Shown here one piece after another: positions 9,125 through 19,012 of a DNA stretch of 64,000 nt; position 1 is the stretch's first letter, and each line of letters begins with the position of its first letter. Location of the stretch: the IMG/VR virus record IMGVR_UViG_3300045972_000138, positions 124,001 to 188,000 of that record; one strand, written 5' to 3'. A program made the translations under genes and the position numbers. Below the pieces are notes generated by a model. That model was given only the letters and a program-made list of their open reading frames with translations, ran no database searches and was not told the origin of the DNA.

Positions 9125-9862
9125 ATGGAATTATTAGACGCGATTAAAGATATCGTAAAGCACACACATACTCTGGGCTTTATTGAAATGGTTAAAGTTA
9201 CAGGTACCAAGGCAGATTTGAAGATTGAAACAAAAGATGCCGATAATACCGTAATTATCTACGGAACAATGAACGAACCTGTGGTAGGTTTAGAATCCAC
9301 AATTGGTTTGTCCAGAATGGGACTGTTAAAAGGTACAATTGGTATGCACGAGAAGTCTACTGTTACACTTGTTAATGAAACACGTAACAATGCTACAGTA
9401 CCTACAGAAATTAAATTTGACAATGGTTCTAAGTTTATTTCTGCTTATAGACTCATGTCTGATGCAATGGTCACAGAACACGTTAAGGTGCCTGCATTTA
9501 AGGGTGCAGCGTGGGATGTAGTGGCAACGCCATCTGCTGATGCTATTTCTTTGTTAAGTTCTAACATCGGAATCTATAGCAGCTATGAAAAGCGTTTTAT
9601 CGTTAAGGTAGATGCAGGTACACTTATGTTTGATATTGGATCTGGTCCAACAGATCGTACAGAAGTACCGTTTGCAACAGGTGTTACAGGCACATTAAAG
9701 CATAGTTGGACATATCCACTATCGCAAGTGTTGAGTATTCTAAAGTTAACAGAAACAGCAGCAACATCAACAATGAGCTTCTCTGATGCAGGTGCATTGA
9801 AGATTGACATTGATAGCGGCTTAGGTAAGTATTCCTTTATTCTACCAGCAGGTAAGGCATAA
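9125..9862 (+). CDS. Probable sliding clamp / processivity factor (gp45-like)
   Basis: 245 aa, directly after polB, alternating beta/alpha pattern ending YSFILP; assignment rests on size, synteny and pattern. Confidence 0.55.
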   Translation: MELLDAIKDIVKHTHTLGFIEMVKVTGTKADLKIETKDADNTVIIYGTMNEPVVGLESTIGLSRMGLLKGTIGMHEKSTVTLVNETRNNATVPTEIKFDNGSKFISAYRLMSDAMVTEHVKVPAFKGAAWDVVATPSADAISLLSSNIGIYSSYEKRFIVKVDAGTLMFDIGSGPTDRTEVPFATGVTGTLKHSWTYPLSQVLSILKLTETAATSTMSFSDAGALKIDIDSGLGKYSFILPAGKA

Positions 9863-10140
9863 TGAGCGGACAGCTGGAGCCGGGATGCCTGGCTGTAGTC
9901 ATTAAGTCAGTAGAGGGTGCATCTGTGGGTAAGATTGTGCAATGTGTTAAGATACAAGGCGAGCATTCGCTGTATGGTACCATTTGGCGAGTTAGATCGC
10001 AGAGCACAATTGTTACAGAGTACGGCGGCGTGGGTAACGAAGCAGATTGCCCTGCTAAATGGCTTAAAAAGATAGAGCCGGGTTCGGATTTGTTAAACAA
10101 GAAAGTTATAACAAAAAAAGACGACGAGTTAGTAGATTAA
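9862..10140 (+). CDS. Hypothetical protein (SH3/KOW-like start)
   Basis: Coupled ORF (TAATG overlap); LEPGCLAVVI...VGKIVQCV pattern. Confidence 0.6.
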   Translation: MSGQLEPGCLAVVIKSVEGASVGKIVQCVKIQGEHSLYGTIWRVRSQSTIVTEYGGVGNEADCPAKWLKKIEPGSDLLNKKVITKKDDELVD

Positions 10141-10153
10141 ATCTAAATACAAT

Positions 10154-11728
10154 ATGACAAACAACAGAGTAAACTTTACAGAGCGCCATCTTCACGGTGG
10201 TTGGGCAAAATATCTACCAGCTATTAGCGGTTTCTACACTACACACCTAGGTAAGGATCTTGCAGACCCTACCTTTATTCCGCCAGATCGCGTACCTAAG
10301 GGATTTGAATTTGGAATGCAAGGTATTAATTTCTTTAACGAAGAAGATAGTTATTACAATTACAAATTCGGTCTATACTCGGCAGGTCATGCAGAACGCA
10401 ACTTAGCAAAATGCAATGCTAGAGAACCGATGATACATAATAGAGATCGTAACAAAACCATTCTTATTGGTGACTCAGGGGGTTTTCAGATTGCAACAGG
10501 TGTTATTAAGGTAGATTGGAAGACTGTTATGACACCGGCAGGCGACAAGTTACGCGAAGAAATCTTACGCTACTTAGAGCATACGGCAGACTGGTCAATG
10601 ACATTAGACGTACCTGCATTCGCAGCAGTACCGCCACTTAGCGAAAAGACGGGTCTAACAAAGTTCTCTGACTGCTTAGATGTATCCGAGCATAATCTAA
10701 AATACTTTATGGAACACCGTATTCCGGGTAAAACAAAATTCTTGAATGTATTATCGGGCACAGATGAGGCTACTTCTAAAGAGTGGTATGAACGAGTCGT
10801 ACCTTATAGTATGCCAGATGCAGTAGAAGCGATGGGATACACACGCGATCGTACACTAGAAGGGTGGGCCTTTGCCGGTATTAATATGAAGAATATGCCG
10901 TGCGTACTAAACAGACTATTAGACCTGCGCGACGATAATTTACTTGCCGATAAAGATTGGATTCACTTCCTAGGCATTGGTAGACTAGATTGGGCTTGCT
11001 ACCTGACATCAATTGAACGTGCATTGCGTAAGCATTATAATCCTAATATCAACATTAGTTTTGATGCTGCATCACCATTTGTTGCAGCAGGAGGTTATGC
11101 ATTATCTTATAATTACAATAAGTTTAGCGAAACTCAGTTAACATATGCAATGGGCCGTGGCGTAGATAATAAGGATTTGAAAGGCTCGACAGAAGCAATG
11201 CCTTTCCAGGGCCCGATTAATGACCGCTTAACAGTTGGCGATATGTGTGTTATGGGTCCAACTGATTTAAACAAGCACGGCAAAGTCGGTAATACAAGTT
11301 GGGACACCACATCGTATGCATTAGTTATGGCACACAATGTTCATAACCATATTCAGGCTATTCAGGAAGTAAATAGATTAGCAGACTTAGAATACTCAAG
11401 AGTACCGGAATTAGATATTAGTACTTGGAGTATTAAACCCGGTGGTAAAACTAAGGCCAAGCCGAAAAGTGTGCATATACCTAATAAGATAATTTATTTC
11501 AATCATTTTGTAAATCGTGTGTTAGATCCTGCAACAAAAAACCCGCGCCAACTGATAGAAGATAATATAGGATTCTTAGATCATATTAGCTTTAGTAGCA
11601 AAGCCCCTAAGAAAGTAGAAACAACCTTTGGTGATATGTGGGAAGTAATTGATGACGAAGTTGACCTGCCCGACATAGACGATTTAGCTGTTGAAGATAA
11701 CGACACATTAGCAAACGATGCAGGTTGA
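10154..11728 (+). CDS. dpdA: TGT-fold guanine transglycosylase, DpdA-like (7-deazaguanine DNA insertion)
   Basis: GDSGGFQ, SMTLDVP, IHFLG, SFDAASP and HN motifs of the TGT family; QueD-like and QueE genes lie nearby. Confidence 0.75.
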   Translation: MTNNRVNFTERHLHGGWAKYLPAISGFYTTHLGKDLADPTFIPPDRVPKGFEFGMQGINFFNEEDSYYNYKFGLYSAGHAERNLAKCNAREPMIHNRDRNKTILIGDSGGFQIATGVIKVDWKTVMTPAGDKLREEILRYLEHTADWSMTLDVPAFAAVPPLSEKTGLTKFSDCLDVSEHNLKYFMEHRIPGKTKFLNVLSGTDEATSKEWYERVVPYSMPDAVEAMGYTRDRTLEGWAFAGINMKNMPCVLNRLLDLRDDNLLADKDWIHFLGIGRLDWACYLTSIERALRKHYNPNINISFDAASPFVAAGGYALSYNYNKFSETQLTYAMGRGVDNKDLKGSTEAMPFQGPINDRLTVGDMCVMGPTDLNKHGKVGNTSWDTTSYALVMAHNVHNHIQAIQEVNRLADLEYSRVPELDISTWSIKPGGKTKAKPKSVHIPNKIIYFNHFVNRVLDPATKNPRQLIEDNIGFLDHISFSSKAPKKVETTFGDMWEVIDDEVDLPDIDDLAVEDNDTLANDAG

Positions 11729-11930
11729 GTTACAATCTAAACTGTCAACGCTGGACGAACTTATAAAAATCCAGCGTGATAGTTTAGAGCGTGGATACAT
11801 GCACGGCATGCTAAATGGGCTTATAATGGCACATTCAGTATTCTCCGGGCAGAGTCCTGAGTTTACTAAAATGCCTAAAGTGAAGAATAAAGTTAGACAC
11901 TATTTAAGGAACCAAAATGTCAAAAAGTGA
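11718..11930 (+). CDS. Hypothetical protein
   Basis: Coupled ORF; YMHGMLNGLI motif. Confidence 0.6.
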   Translation: MQVELQSKLSTLDELIKIQRDSLERGYMHGMLNGLIMAHSVFSGQSPEFTKMPKVKNKVRHYLRNQNVKK

Positions 11931-12249
11931 AAAGAAATTATTTGTAGTTGAGGCTATTAGTATGTTCCGCCATACATATGTCATTGAAGCAAAATCGTTA
12001 GAACATGCATACGATGAAGTAACAATGCGTGACTCAGGAAGCGAGTTAGACGACTTTGAAGAAGTATCACAACGTTTTCTAGGCGAGACTATATCCAATG
12101 GTCGTCAAATTAAAAGAAAAGAATTCAACGAATTGTTGGAAACATTTAAGAACGATAAAGATGAGTCAACTTCCTGGTGGATGGGCGAACGGCTTATTCG
12201 CAAAATCGATTATAAGCACGACAGAGAAGGCAACACAGTAGAAGAATAA
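11917..12249 (+). CDS. Hypothetical protein
   Basis: AAGGA SD, coupled ORF. Confidence 0.65.
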   Translation: MSKSEKKLFVVEAISMFRHTYVIEAKSLEHAYDEVTMRDSGSELDDFEEVSQRFLGETISNGRQIKRKEFNELLETFKNDKDESTSWWMGERLIRKIDYKHDREGNTVEE

Positions 12250-12491
12250 TGGCCGCAGAGATAACACACAACGATCTCCTGAATCAGGATTTAAATGTAG
12301 GTAACTACGTTGTGGCTTCGCGCAGGGGCCAGTATAGTAGCACAATGACTATATGCCAGATAACAAAAACAACGCCAAAGAAGGTCTTTCTTCAGGAAGT
12401 CAAAACAAAGAGAGAATGGTCGACCTGGCCGCAAGAAACTGTTAAACTTAGCGGTGAAGATGTTTTACATTATATTTTGAAGTATGTCTAA
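12249..12491 (+). CDS. Hypothetical protein
   Basis: TAATG coupling; D.L.Q.L.VG.YVV SH3-like start. Confidence 0.6.
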   Translation: MAAEITHNDLLNQDLNVGNYVVASRRGQYSSTMTICQITKTTPKKVFLQEVKTKREWSTWPQETVKLSGEDVLHYILKYV

Positions 12492-12818
12492 TACATCGGC
12501 ACCGTACATTCATATGGCACAAGTTATTACACCTACCTCTAAAACAACATACCTTGACGGAGTAGAGTCGTATTCTATATCTGCCATATTATCGAGGGAA
12601 GAGGAAGAAGACGAAATTATTCGCCGATTAAAAGGCAATGACGATAGCTTTACATTAGAGATGTGGATAAAATATGCTTGAATTCCCGGAAACAATTAAT
12701 CCAGATAGCGAACAACGGCTAATGGAAAAACTTATGTATGACGACGATAAAATTAAACTGTTAGATTACATACGTGGAGATATGCGTGCATTGTACCTAC
12801 TTGAACAAAAATTTAAAA

Positions 12819-13049
12819 ATGGTCACAAGAATACTAGAGGCTAAGTGGACTATACGTGATCCACTGTTTGTACCTAAGATAGATTATTCTAAACTTAGCG
12901 AAGACGAGCAGGCCGATCTTATTATTGAGAGACTTACTAATGGTGTTAGTAAAGATTTGTTAGAAGATGCTATTTCGTTTGCAATGTCAAAATTAATTGC
13001 AGAAGAAATTGACAACGAAATATTAAATTCACTCAAAGGCACAAAATGA
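12819..13049 (+). CDS. Small protein resembling an isolated segment of T4-type major capsid protein gp23
   Basis: TRILEAKWT ... SKLIAEEIDNEIL matches the gp23 R.LKA.WT ... E...EI.REI segment. Confidence 0.4.
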   Translation: MVTRILEAKWTIRDPLFVPKIDYSKLSEDEQADLIIERLTNGVSKDLLEDAISFAMSKLIAEEIDNEILNSLKGTK

Positions 13050-13390
13050 CCGTCTATACTGAACCCGGAAAAACAGCAAGCAAGATGATGTGGCATGCGT
13101 GTCGCGGTGGTGGGAGTCCGTATGTAAATTGCCAGTGCAATATAGATCATTCTGTCGACGCAACCGAAGATGAATATGATAACGGAGATTACGAAAGCAT
13201 AGGCTTTGTAGAACTAGATGGATTGGTCTTCGTTGATGGATGCGAAGGTTGCGAAAAGAAGTTAGCAAAATACGAACATTTTATATGGGACAATCGTGAT
13301 ATTATTCGCAGATATCTAAAGACAAGAGTGGATCAGGAAAAGGTCTGGGCAGACCAAGAAGCATCGTTAAATGTGTTAGCTGGAATTTAA
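13046..13390 (+). CDS. Hypothetical protein with Cys pairs
   Basis: ATGA coupling; CQC and CEGC. Confidence 0.65.
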   Translation: MTVYTEPGKTASKMMWHACRGGGSPYVNCQCNIDHSVDATEDEYDNGDYESIGFVELDGLVFVDGCEGCEKKLAKYEHFIWDNRDIIRRYLKTRVDQEKVWADQEASLNVLAGI

Positions 13391-13404
13391 ATTAAGGAAA
13401 TGAA

Positions 13405-14583
13405 ATGAGAAAATTGTACTATATGGGTTTAGAGTCTTATGAAGCTCGTTACACTCTACAACTGCAGGATTGGAACGAACGTGTATTCCAGGAGCGTGGC
13501 ATAGAATACGAACTCATCACAGGTTCCGAATTATCAACTGATAAAAAGATTGTAACAGGCAGTGTGCTCGATGCACATGGTCGTACTTATTACAGTATGA
13601 TGCAACATGCGAATCTTATCAAGGCAATGAAAGAAGGTAAGGTAACAAGCAAGGATGTAATCTTCTACGAAGATATGTTTACGCCCGGTATCGAAAGCTT
13701 ACCATACATTTTAGAGCAAGTACCTAAGAAATTTCGTCCAAAGGTGTATGTGCGTTGCCTGGCACAAAGTATTGATCCAGACGACTTTGTTAATCGCGAA
13801 GGTATGGCACACTGGATGCGTAAGTTCGAACAAATGGTTGACGAGTTTGTTGATGGAATTTTAGTCGCAAGCGAAGAAATGGTTGCACACTTGCGTATTG
13901 CAGGAATGAACGCACCTATCTATGTAACAGGATTACCATTTGGTAAAGAAGAAGTTGCAAGTCGTGTTCCGTATGTTAAACCTATTCATCAACGCGAACG
14001 CCGTGTGGGTTTTGCTGCACGCTGGGACGACGAAAAGCAACCGGAATTCTTTATGCAATTGGCACAACGCTTTTATAAGACACGCCCGGATGTCGAATTT
14101 GCAGTGTTCTGTGGTCACCCAGAACTCAAAAGCAATAACAAACAGCACGTCGAAATGGCACGCTATTTGGAAAACAGCGATACAGCAAACTTCAAAGTGT
14201 ACACTGGTTTGAAGAAAAATGATTACTATGAATTGCTTGCAGACAGTACCGTTTTATTTAACTGTGCATTGCAAGACTGGGTAAGTAACACAGTTAGCGA
14301 AGCAGACACATTTGGCACACTTACATTGTATCCAGCATACAGAAGCTTTCCAGAAGTTTTTGCTAACAATGCAAACAATATGTACATTCCGTGGAGCATT
14401 AAAGATGCCGCAGACAGATTAGAAAAGATGTTTGCTAATCCTACAAGTTACACAACAGGCAATGTGAGTGACTGGCAAGATGGTACAATCGGCCGCACAC
14501 TGGATGTATTCGAAGGTAAAGGCGAAGAATGGGCTCGCAATACACATGATTATAGAAAACACGTAGCAAAGGCAAAATATTAA
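13405..14583 (+). CDS. GT-B fold glycosyltransferase (GT4-like)
   Basis: FAARWDDEKQP, K..YY..LA.S.VLFN, and the NTVSEA...G.L.LYP donor-binding region. Confidence 0.8.
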   Translation: MRKLYYMGLESYEARYTLQLQDWNERVFQERGIEYELITGSELSTDKKIVTGSVLDAHGRTYYSMMQHANLIKAMKEGKVTSKDVIFYEDMFTPGIESLPYILEQVPKKFRPKVYVRCLAQSIDPDDFVNREGMAHWMRKFEQMVDEFVDGILVASEEMVAHLRIAGMNAPIYVTGLPFGKEEVASRVPYVKPIHQRERRVGFAARWDDEKQPEFFMQLAQRFYKTRPDVEFAVFCGHPELKSNNKQHVEMARYLENSDTANFKVYTGLKKNDYYELLADSTVLFNCALQDWVSNTVSEADTFGTLTLYPAYRSFPEVFANNANNMYIPWSIKDAADRLEKMFANPTSYTTGNVSDWQDGTIGRTLDVFEGKGEEWARNTHDYRKHVAKAKY

Positions 14584-14585
14584 AA

Positions 14586-14747
14586 ATGAAGAAACAACCA
14601 GATCCAAGATTACATCAACAAATTAGTTTCGCTAAAAGCGGATTGCGTATTTTAGCAGGAATAGGATTCATGACAGGTGAAGTAGTTGCGGCAGGGTTGT
14701 TTCTTATTTTAGCAGAAATACTCGGAATAGCAGAAGAATTAGTATAA
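14586..14747 (+). CDS. Small membrane protein (53 aa)
   Basis: Read manually: MKKQPDPRLHQQISFAKSGLRILAG...AEILGIAEELV. Confidence 0.6.
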   Translation: MKKQPDPRLHQQISFAKSGLRILAGIGFMTGEVVAAGLFLILAEILGIAEELV

Positions 14748-14757
14748 AGGAAATTTT

Positions 14758-15579
14758 ATGAATAGAGACGGACACAACAATGTAGCATTTTTTATTGGAC
14801 CAGAAGTAGAACATACTCCTGCATATTCCAGACGCACACTATTTGTAGTAGGTAGGCAAGGTGTTGCCGATATTATTAAGCAAGCGCAAGATAATAAGGT
14901 GACACATATTTTTATGGGCGCAAACCATTCGTTTGATGTTGATCCAGCACATCCAGACGAAACAGTTAAGGCATATTGGGACAAAACAATCACTGCATTG
15001 CTTGACAAGGGTTTCTGGGTAACATTAGATTACGAAGCACATCTACACGAGATGGTGCTAAAGATGTTGAACCCAGGCATTTGGCAGTCACGCATTTTTG
15101 TTCCATTGCTAAGTGTGCGTATTCCTAAAATTGAAACAACAAGCAATAATTTGACAATTAAAATTGACGATGTTGATTTTAAAGCAACCAACCGCGGCGT
15201 ATGGTGTATGCACTTTCACGAAGTTACAGATAGCAATCGTTTCACTGATTGGCAAGACTACGAATCGGATTCTGTTATTGGTAGTACAGCACAACAACAG
15301 GCAGCATCTATTATGGCTAATTTAGAAGGTATTGTCGAACCAAGAGCAACAAAAACACTAGCTGATACACTAGCTGATATTCCGGCACCAACTGAGCCAC
15401 TTAATCAGACAGAGTTAGGATTGGATGCTAATCCAACAACAGCGTTGAAACCAGAAGAAGATAGCACTGTAGTAATTGTTAAGACACCGGAAGACGCTGC
15501 CGCAGCATACGCCGATGGTACTACGACAGATCCTCTAAGTGCTGAAAACTCTAAGAAACCAAGGGCAGCTAAGAAATGA
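14758..15579 (+). CDS. Hypothetical protein inside the deazaguanine cluster
   Basis: AAGGA SD; coupled to the QueD-like gene; EVEH, HIFMGANHSF, KIDD and W.DY motifs; low-complexity C-terminus. Confidence 0.7.
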   Translation: MNRDGHNNVAFFIGPEVEHTPAYSRRTLFVVGRQGVADIIKQAQDNKVTHIFMGANHSFDVDPAHPDETVKAYWDKTITALLDKGFWVTLDYEAHLHEMVLKMLNPGIWQSRIFVPLLSVRIPKIETTSNNLTIKIDDVDFKATNRGVWCMHFHEVTDSNRFTDWQDYESDSVIGSTAQQQAASIMANLEGIVEPRATKTLADTLADIPAPTEPLNQTELGLDANPTTALKPEEDSTVVIVKTPEDAAAAYADGTTTDPLSAENSKKPRAAKK

Positions 15580-15977
15580 GTGCAACAATGCAAAAAATGA
15601 TATGGGTTACCTTTAAGAAAGAAGGTATACACAGATATCCGGAAGCGTTAACCGATCCTGCTCTTGCAACCAACGATGAGTATGATGTTAGCTTCCTAGG
15701 ATATGCACATAGACATATTTTTCACTTCAAGGTATGGATCGATGTAATGCACGAAAACAGAGACATCGAGTTTATCCAATTTAAACGTTGGTTAGAAAAC
15801 TTGTATGCACAGTCCATACTTGAACTTGATTATAAGTCTTGTGAAATGATGAGTAACGATTTATATGAAACAATTTCTGAAAAATATCCTAACAGGGAAG
15901 TTTGGATCGAAGTCTCAGAAGACGGAGAAAATGGATCATTTACAAGATACACGCCAATTAGATCATCCGATATTTGA
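15576..15977 (+). CDS. QueD-like T-fold protein (LxxxHRHxF; DpdL-type candidate)
   Basis: EGIH, LGYAHRHIF, SCE and EDGEN motifs. Confidence 0.75.
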   Translation: MSATMQKMIWVTFKKEGIHRYPEALTDPALATNDEYDVSFLGYAHRHIFHFKVWIDVMHENRDIEFIQFKRWLENLYAQSILELDYKSCEMMSNDLYETISEKYPNREVWIEVSEDGENGSFTRYTPIRSSDI

Positions 15978-16152
15978 TAAGAAATATAAGGCCACTGTTA
16001 TATTTCCTACAAACACAGATGTGAGTTGGATGGATTGGGTTAATAAAAATACACAGAATAGGGGAGTCGATATTCAACTTCTAAACGACAAAGTATATGT
16101 CGCATTTGAAGACGAAAACGACGCCCTTATCTTTAAGATAAGATATCTATGA
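15931..16152 (+). CDS. Hypothetical protein
   Basis: GGAG SD before ATG 15931; ends in FEDENDALIFKIRY, a recurrent small-phage-protein C-terminus. Confidence 0.55.
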   Translation: MDHLQDTRQLDHPIFDKKYKATVIFPTNTDVSWMDWVNKNTQNRGVDIQLLNDKVYVAFEDENDALIFKIRYL

Positions 16153-17153
16153 AACATAAAATATTAGTAACTGGCGGCAACGGATTTATTGGGTCACAGG
16201 TTGTAACATCCTTAATAGATGCAGGGCACGATGTTACTGTGGTAGACTTGGTAGGTAAAAAAGAAGGTGTACCTGGATTACTAGGTAGATGTGTTGAACA
16301 AGACTACTACGCATTCTTCTCGAATAACACAGTTAAATATGATACAGTAGTGCATTTAGCTGCCGAGCATATAGTGCCCCAGAGCGTTACTGAGCCTGAC
16401 AAATACTACATAAATAACGTAATAAAAATGAAGAGTATGCTTGATTCTATGCGTACTACAGGCATTAAAAATATTATCTTTAGCTCAAGCGGTAATGTAT
16501 ATGGTCGGCAAGGCGCAGCAGGTTTTCCACTTACAGAAGACCTATATTACGATCCGGAGAATCCGTATGCATCAACTAAGGTTGCAGGCGAAATGCTTAT
16601 TAAGGATTACGCAAGAGCATACGGTATTAACTATGTAAATTTTAGATATTTCAACGCAGCAGGAGCCGACCCGGAATGTAGGTTTGGATATACACAACGT
16701 CCTGCCACACATGTCATTCCTATTTTGTGTAACAAGATTTTAAATAAACAGACATTTACTATTTTTGGAACAGACTATCATACACAGGATCATACCTGTG
16801 TTCGAGATTATGTACACGTTGCAGACATTGCATCTGCACACTTAAAAGCATTAGACTTCTTTGATAACGGCGGCAAAAACGAAACATTCAATTTGGGCGG
16901 CGATAGCACAGGTGTCAGCCTTAAGGATTTAGTAAGGTATGCTGCAGAAGTTGTCGGAGTAGAACCAGTAGTCGAATATGGCCCGCGCCGCGAAGGTGAT
17001 CCTGCTATTTTGATTGCTAATATTTCTAAGGCACAAAAGATATTAGGTTGGGAGCCAAAATATGACATTAAAGAAACTATTACGCACGCTTGGAATTGGG
17101 AAAGAAAATTCATCGACTACGATATCGACAGATGGAGCAACGGGGAGCATTAA
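16149..17153 (+). CDS. galE: UDP-glucose 4-epimerase (extended SDR)
   Basis: TGGNGFIG, HLAA, FSSS, Y..TK (NPYASTK), FRYFNAAGA, RDYVHV and RREGD motifs. Confidence 0.92.
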   Translation: MKHKILVTGGNGFIGSQVVTSLIDAGHDVTVVDLVGKKEGVPGLLGRCVEQDYYAFFSNNTVKYDTVVHLAAEHIVPQSVTEPDKYYINNVIKMKSMLDSMRTTGIKNIIFSSSGNVYGRQGAAGFPLTEDLYYDPENPYASTKVAGEMLIKDYARAYGINYVNFRYFNAAGADPECRFGYTQRPATHVIPILCNKILNKQTFTIFGTDYHTQDHTCVRDYVHVADIASAHLKALDFFDNGGKNETFNLGGDSTGVSLKDLVRYAAEVVGVEPVVEYGPRREGDPAILIANISKAQKILGWEPKYDIKETITHAWNWERKFIDYDIDRWSNGEH

Positions 17154-17199
17154 TACAATAGATTATTCTAAGTACCCGGATTATACAGGAATTACAAAA

Positions 17200-17733
17200 A
17201 TGACAACGATAAATTCTCAGGCGGGTGCCTATACACAAAATACAGGAATGACAATTACCGGTGCAATGGCATCTAATATAACAGGTACCGTTGCAGCGAA
17301 TGCTAGTCAGTACTCTATAGTAAATGCCAACTATAACAATATTGGTATTGGACAACCGATTAGTACTACGATACCTGGTTCACAATATAACATTAGTAAC
17401 GGTTATACGGTCGGGTTCGCGCCGCCTGTATCAACAGTTGCATTCCACAATGGTTCAAATCAAGAAGTAGTTCGTCTAAATAAAGATGGTAGTGTTACGT
17501 GGGCAAGCGGTATCAATATAGATGATGCAGCTGATGCATTTGCTAAATCTATACAATTAGGTGCCGAGCGTAGCGCAGGTATAACGGCAGGCGTTAAACA
17601 GCGTATGCGTGATACAATTTTTGAAGAAATGATTGAGATGGCTAAGATAAAAGGAACACTCGATGCAGACGAGTTGACATATATGCTAAGTGCTGCTAAA
17701 ATAATGGATAAGCTAAAAGGCAAATATGAATAG
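17200..17733 (+). CDS. Hypothetical protein
   Basis: AGGA SD before ATG 17200; low-complexity N-half. Confidence 0.6.
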   Translation: MTTINSQAGAYTQNTGMTITGAMASNITGTVAANASQYSIVNANYNNIGIGQPISTTIPGSQYNISNGYTVGFAPPVSTVAFHNGSNQEVVRLNKDGSVTWASGINIDDAADAFAKSIQLGAERSAGITAGVKQRMRDTIFEEMIEMAKIKGTLDADELTYMLSAAKIMDKLKGKYE

Positions 17734-17841
17734 AATTAAACAAGCATTGGTTGTTACCGTTTTGGTATGCCTAGCTGTAGGCGCGGTAACATCAATTATT
17801 GTATTTGGAAATCACTCGGGCTTACCACCTATGGTGCCATA

Positions 17842-18015
17842 ATGAAAAAATATATATTTGAACTAACTGTCACTGAAGGTAATTCCGAATTCTGGGAAGA
17901 GTTGCTCGCAACTAATGCCACAGGCTGCGATGACTTGCTGCAACAAATCGGAGATGCGTTGGCAGAACACGGATTTGATCCAATCGTTAAACTTGTAAAA
18001 TACGAGGACAGATAA
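17842..18015 (+). CDS. Hypothetical protein
   Basis: TAATG-coupled start; sits in a run of contiguous small ORFs. Confidence 0.55.
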   Translation: MKKYIFELTVTEGNSEFWEELLATNATGCDDLLQQIGDALAEHGFDPIVKLVKYEDR

Positions 18016-18219
18016 TGTGGGATCCTTTCGCACAATACAATGTCATGCGCGGCACTGGTTGCGGTGTATTATTTTCGTTGTTTGCTGTATTATTCTTTAT
18101 TGTAACTATGCCGTATATGGCATTTGCACAATGGAGGCATAGTAAACTGAAAAGAGATTTTGGTTCATTTGACGAACTTAAGGCACAACGAGACGAACAC
18201 GGTATAGTAAGGAGAAAAA

Positions 18220-18585
18220 ATGATTAAATGGCACGAAGGCATTACTGAACAAGAGTTTACAGATGCAATAAATGATGCGGTAATTAACGCACTTAAAGAT
18301 GGTGTAAATGCTAAACCGCCAATTGCAGATTATAAAGATTACGTTAAAGCACATCTGAAGTTCTGGGCAGAGTCGGGTGTCGCTGCTCCAGGCAACGAAT
18401 TGCAATCAATACAGGCGTGGCTTAGATATTCATCGAATCATTCTAAAGAAGAAATTCAGGATACCTGGAGGACTAGAATGACTCTGCTAATGAAAGCAGC
18501 ACAGGAAGTATACGATGGTGGCCAGGCCGAAGAAGATAGAATCGGTATTTACGACAACCGTCCAGATATGGATAGAGGCAGATAA
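18220..18585 (+). CDS. Hypothetical protein
   Basis: AAGGAG SD. Confidence 0.6.
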   Translation: MIKWHEGITEQEFTDAINDAVINALKDGVNAKPPIADYKDYVKAHLKFWAESGVAAPGNELQSIQAWLRYSSNHSKEEIQDTWRTRMTLLMKAAQEVYDGGQAEEDRIGIYDNRPDMDRGR

Positions 18586-18788
18586 TGAATGAACGAACTG
18601 AGGAATTAGCAAGGCAGGCGTTTGAGTTTGGATTAGACACTGATCCTATTCTATATTACGAAGTAGGGAAGTTTGCCGAGTCGATTGTTAAGGAATGTGC
18701 ATCACTATTTGACCCGGATTTAACAGTGTTACATGAAGAGCGAATTTTGCGAGAAAGCATTTTGAATCATTTTGGGATTAAGGAATAA
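18585..18788 (+). CDS. Small MNER...HFG family protein, copy 1
   Basis: Similar to 18791-19012 and 47376-47558 (FAE.IV.EC...HFG(I/V)K). Confidence 0.65.
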   Translation: MNERTEELARQAFEFGLDTDPILYYEVGKFAESIVKECASLFDPDLTVLHEERILRESILNHFGIKE

Positions 18789-18790
18789 CG

Positions 18791-19012
18791 ATGAACGAAC
18801 GAATTAACGAACTCGTCGGGCAGGCAAAGTTTATGGCAGAAGAAAGCACAAATAAGAAAATTTCTGCCAACACTGAATTGTATATGTTTGCTGAAAAGTT
18901 CGCTGAGTTGATTATTAGGGAATGTCGTGTTACAATGAGTGAGAACTTTCACGAATGCAGGACTGCATCTCTAATGGATAAAGTAATCAAAGAACACTTT
19001 GGAGTTAAGTAA
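18791..19012 (+). CDS. Small MNER...HFG family protein, copy 2
   Basis: AAGGA SD; paralog of the upstream ORF. Confidence 0.65.
   Translation: MNERINELVGQAKFMAEESTNKKISANTELYMFAEKFAELIIRECRVTMSENFHECRTASLMDKVIKEHFGVK

Noticed and set aside
10154-11728. Ordinary tRNA-modifying Tgt
   Set aside because: It lacks the CxCxxC zinc motif of tRNA Tgt, is longer and divergent, and sits beside the DNA polymerase and que genes; a DNA-acting DpdA is more likely, though not proven.
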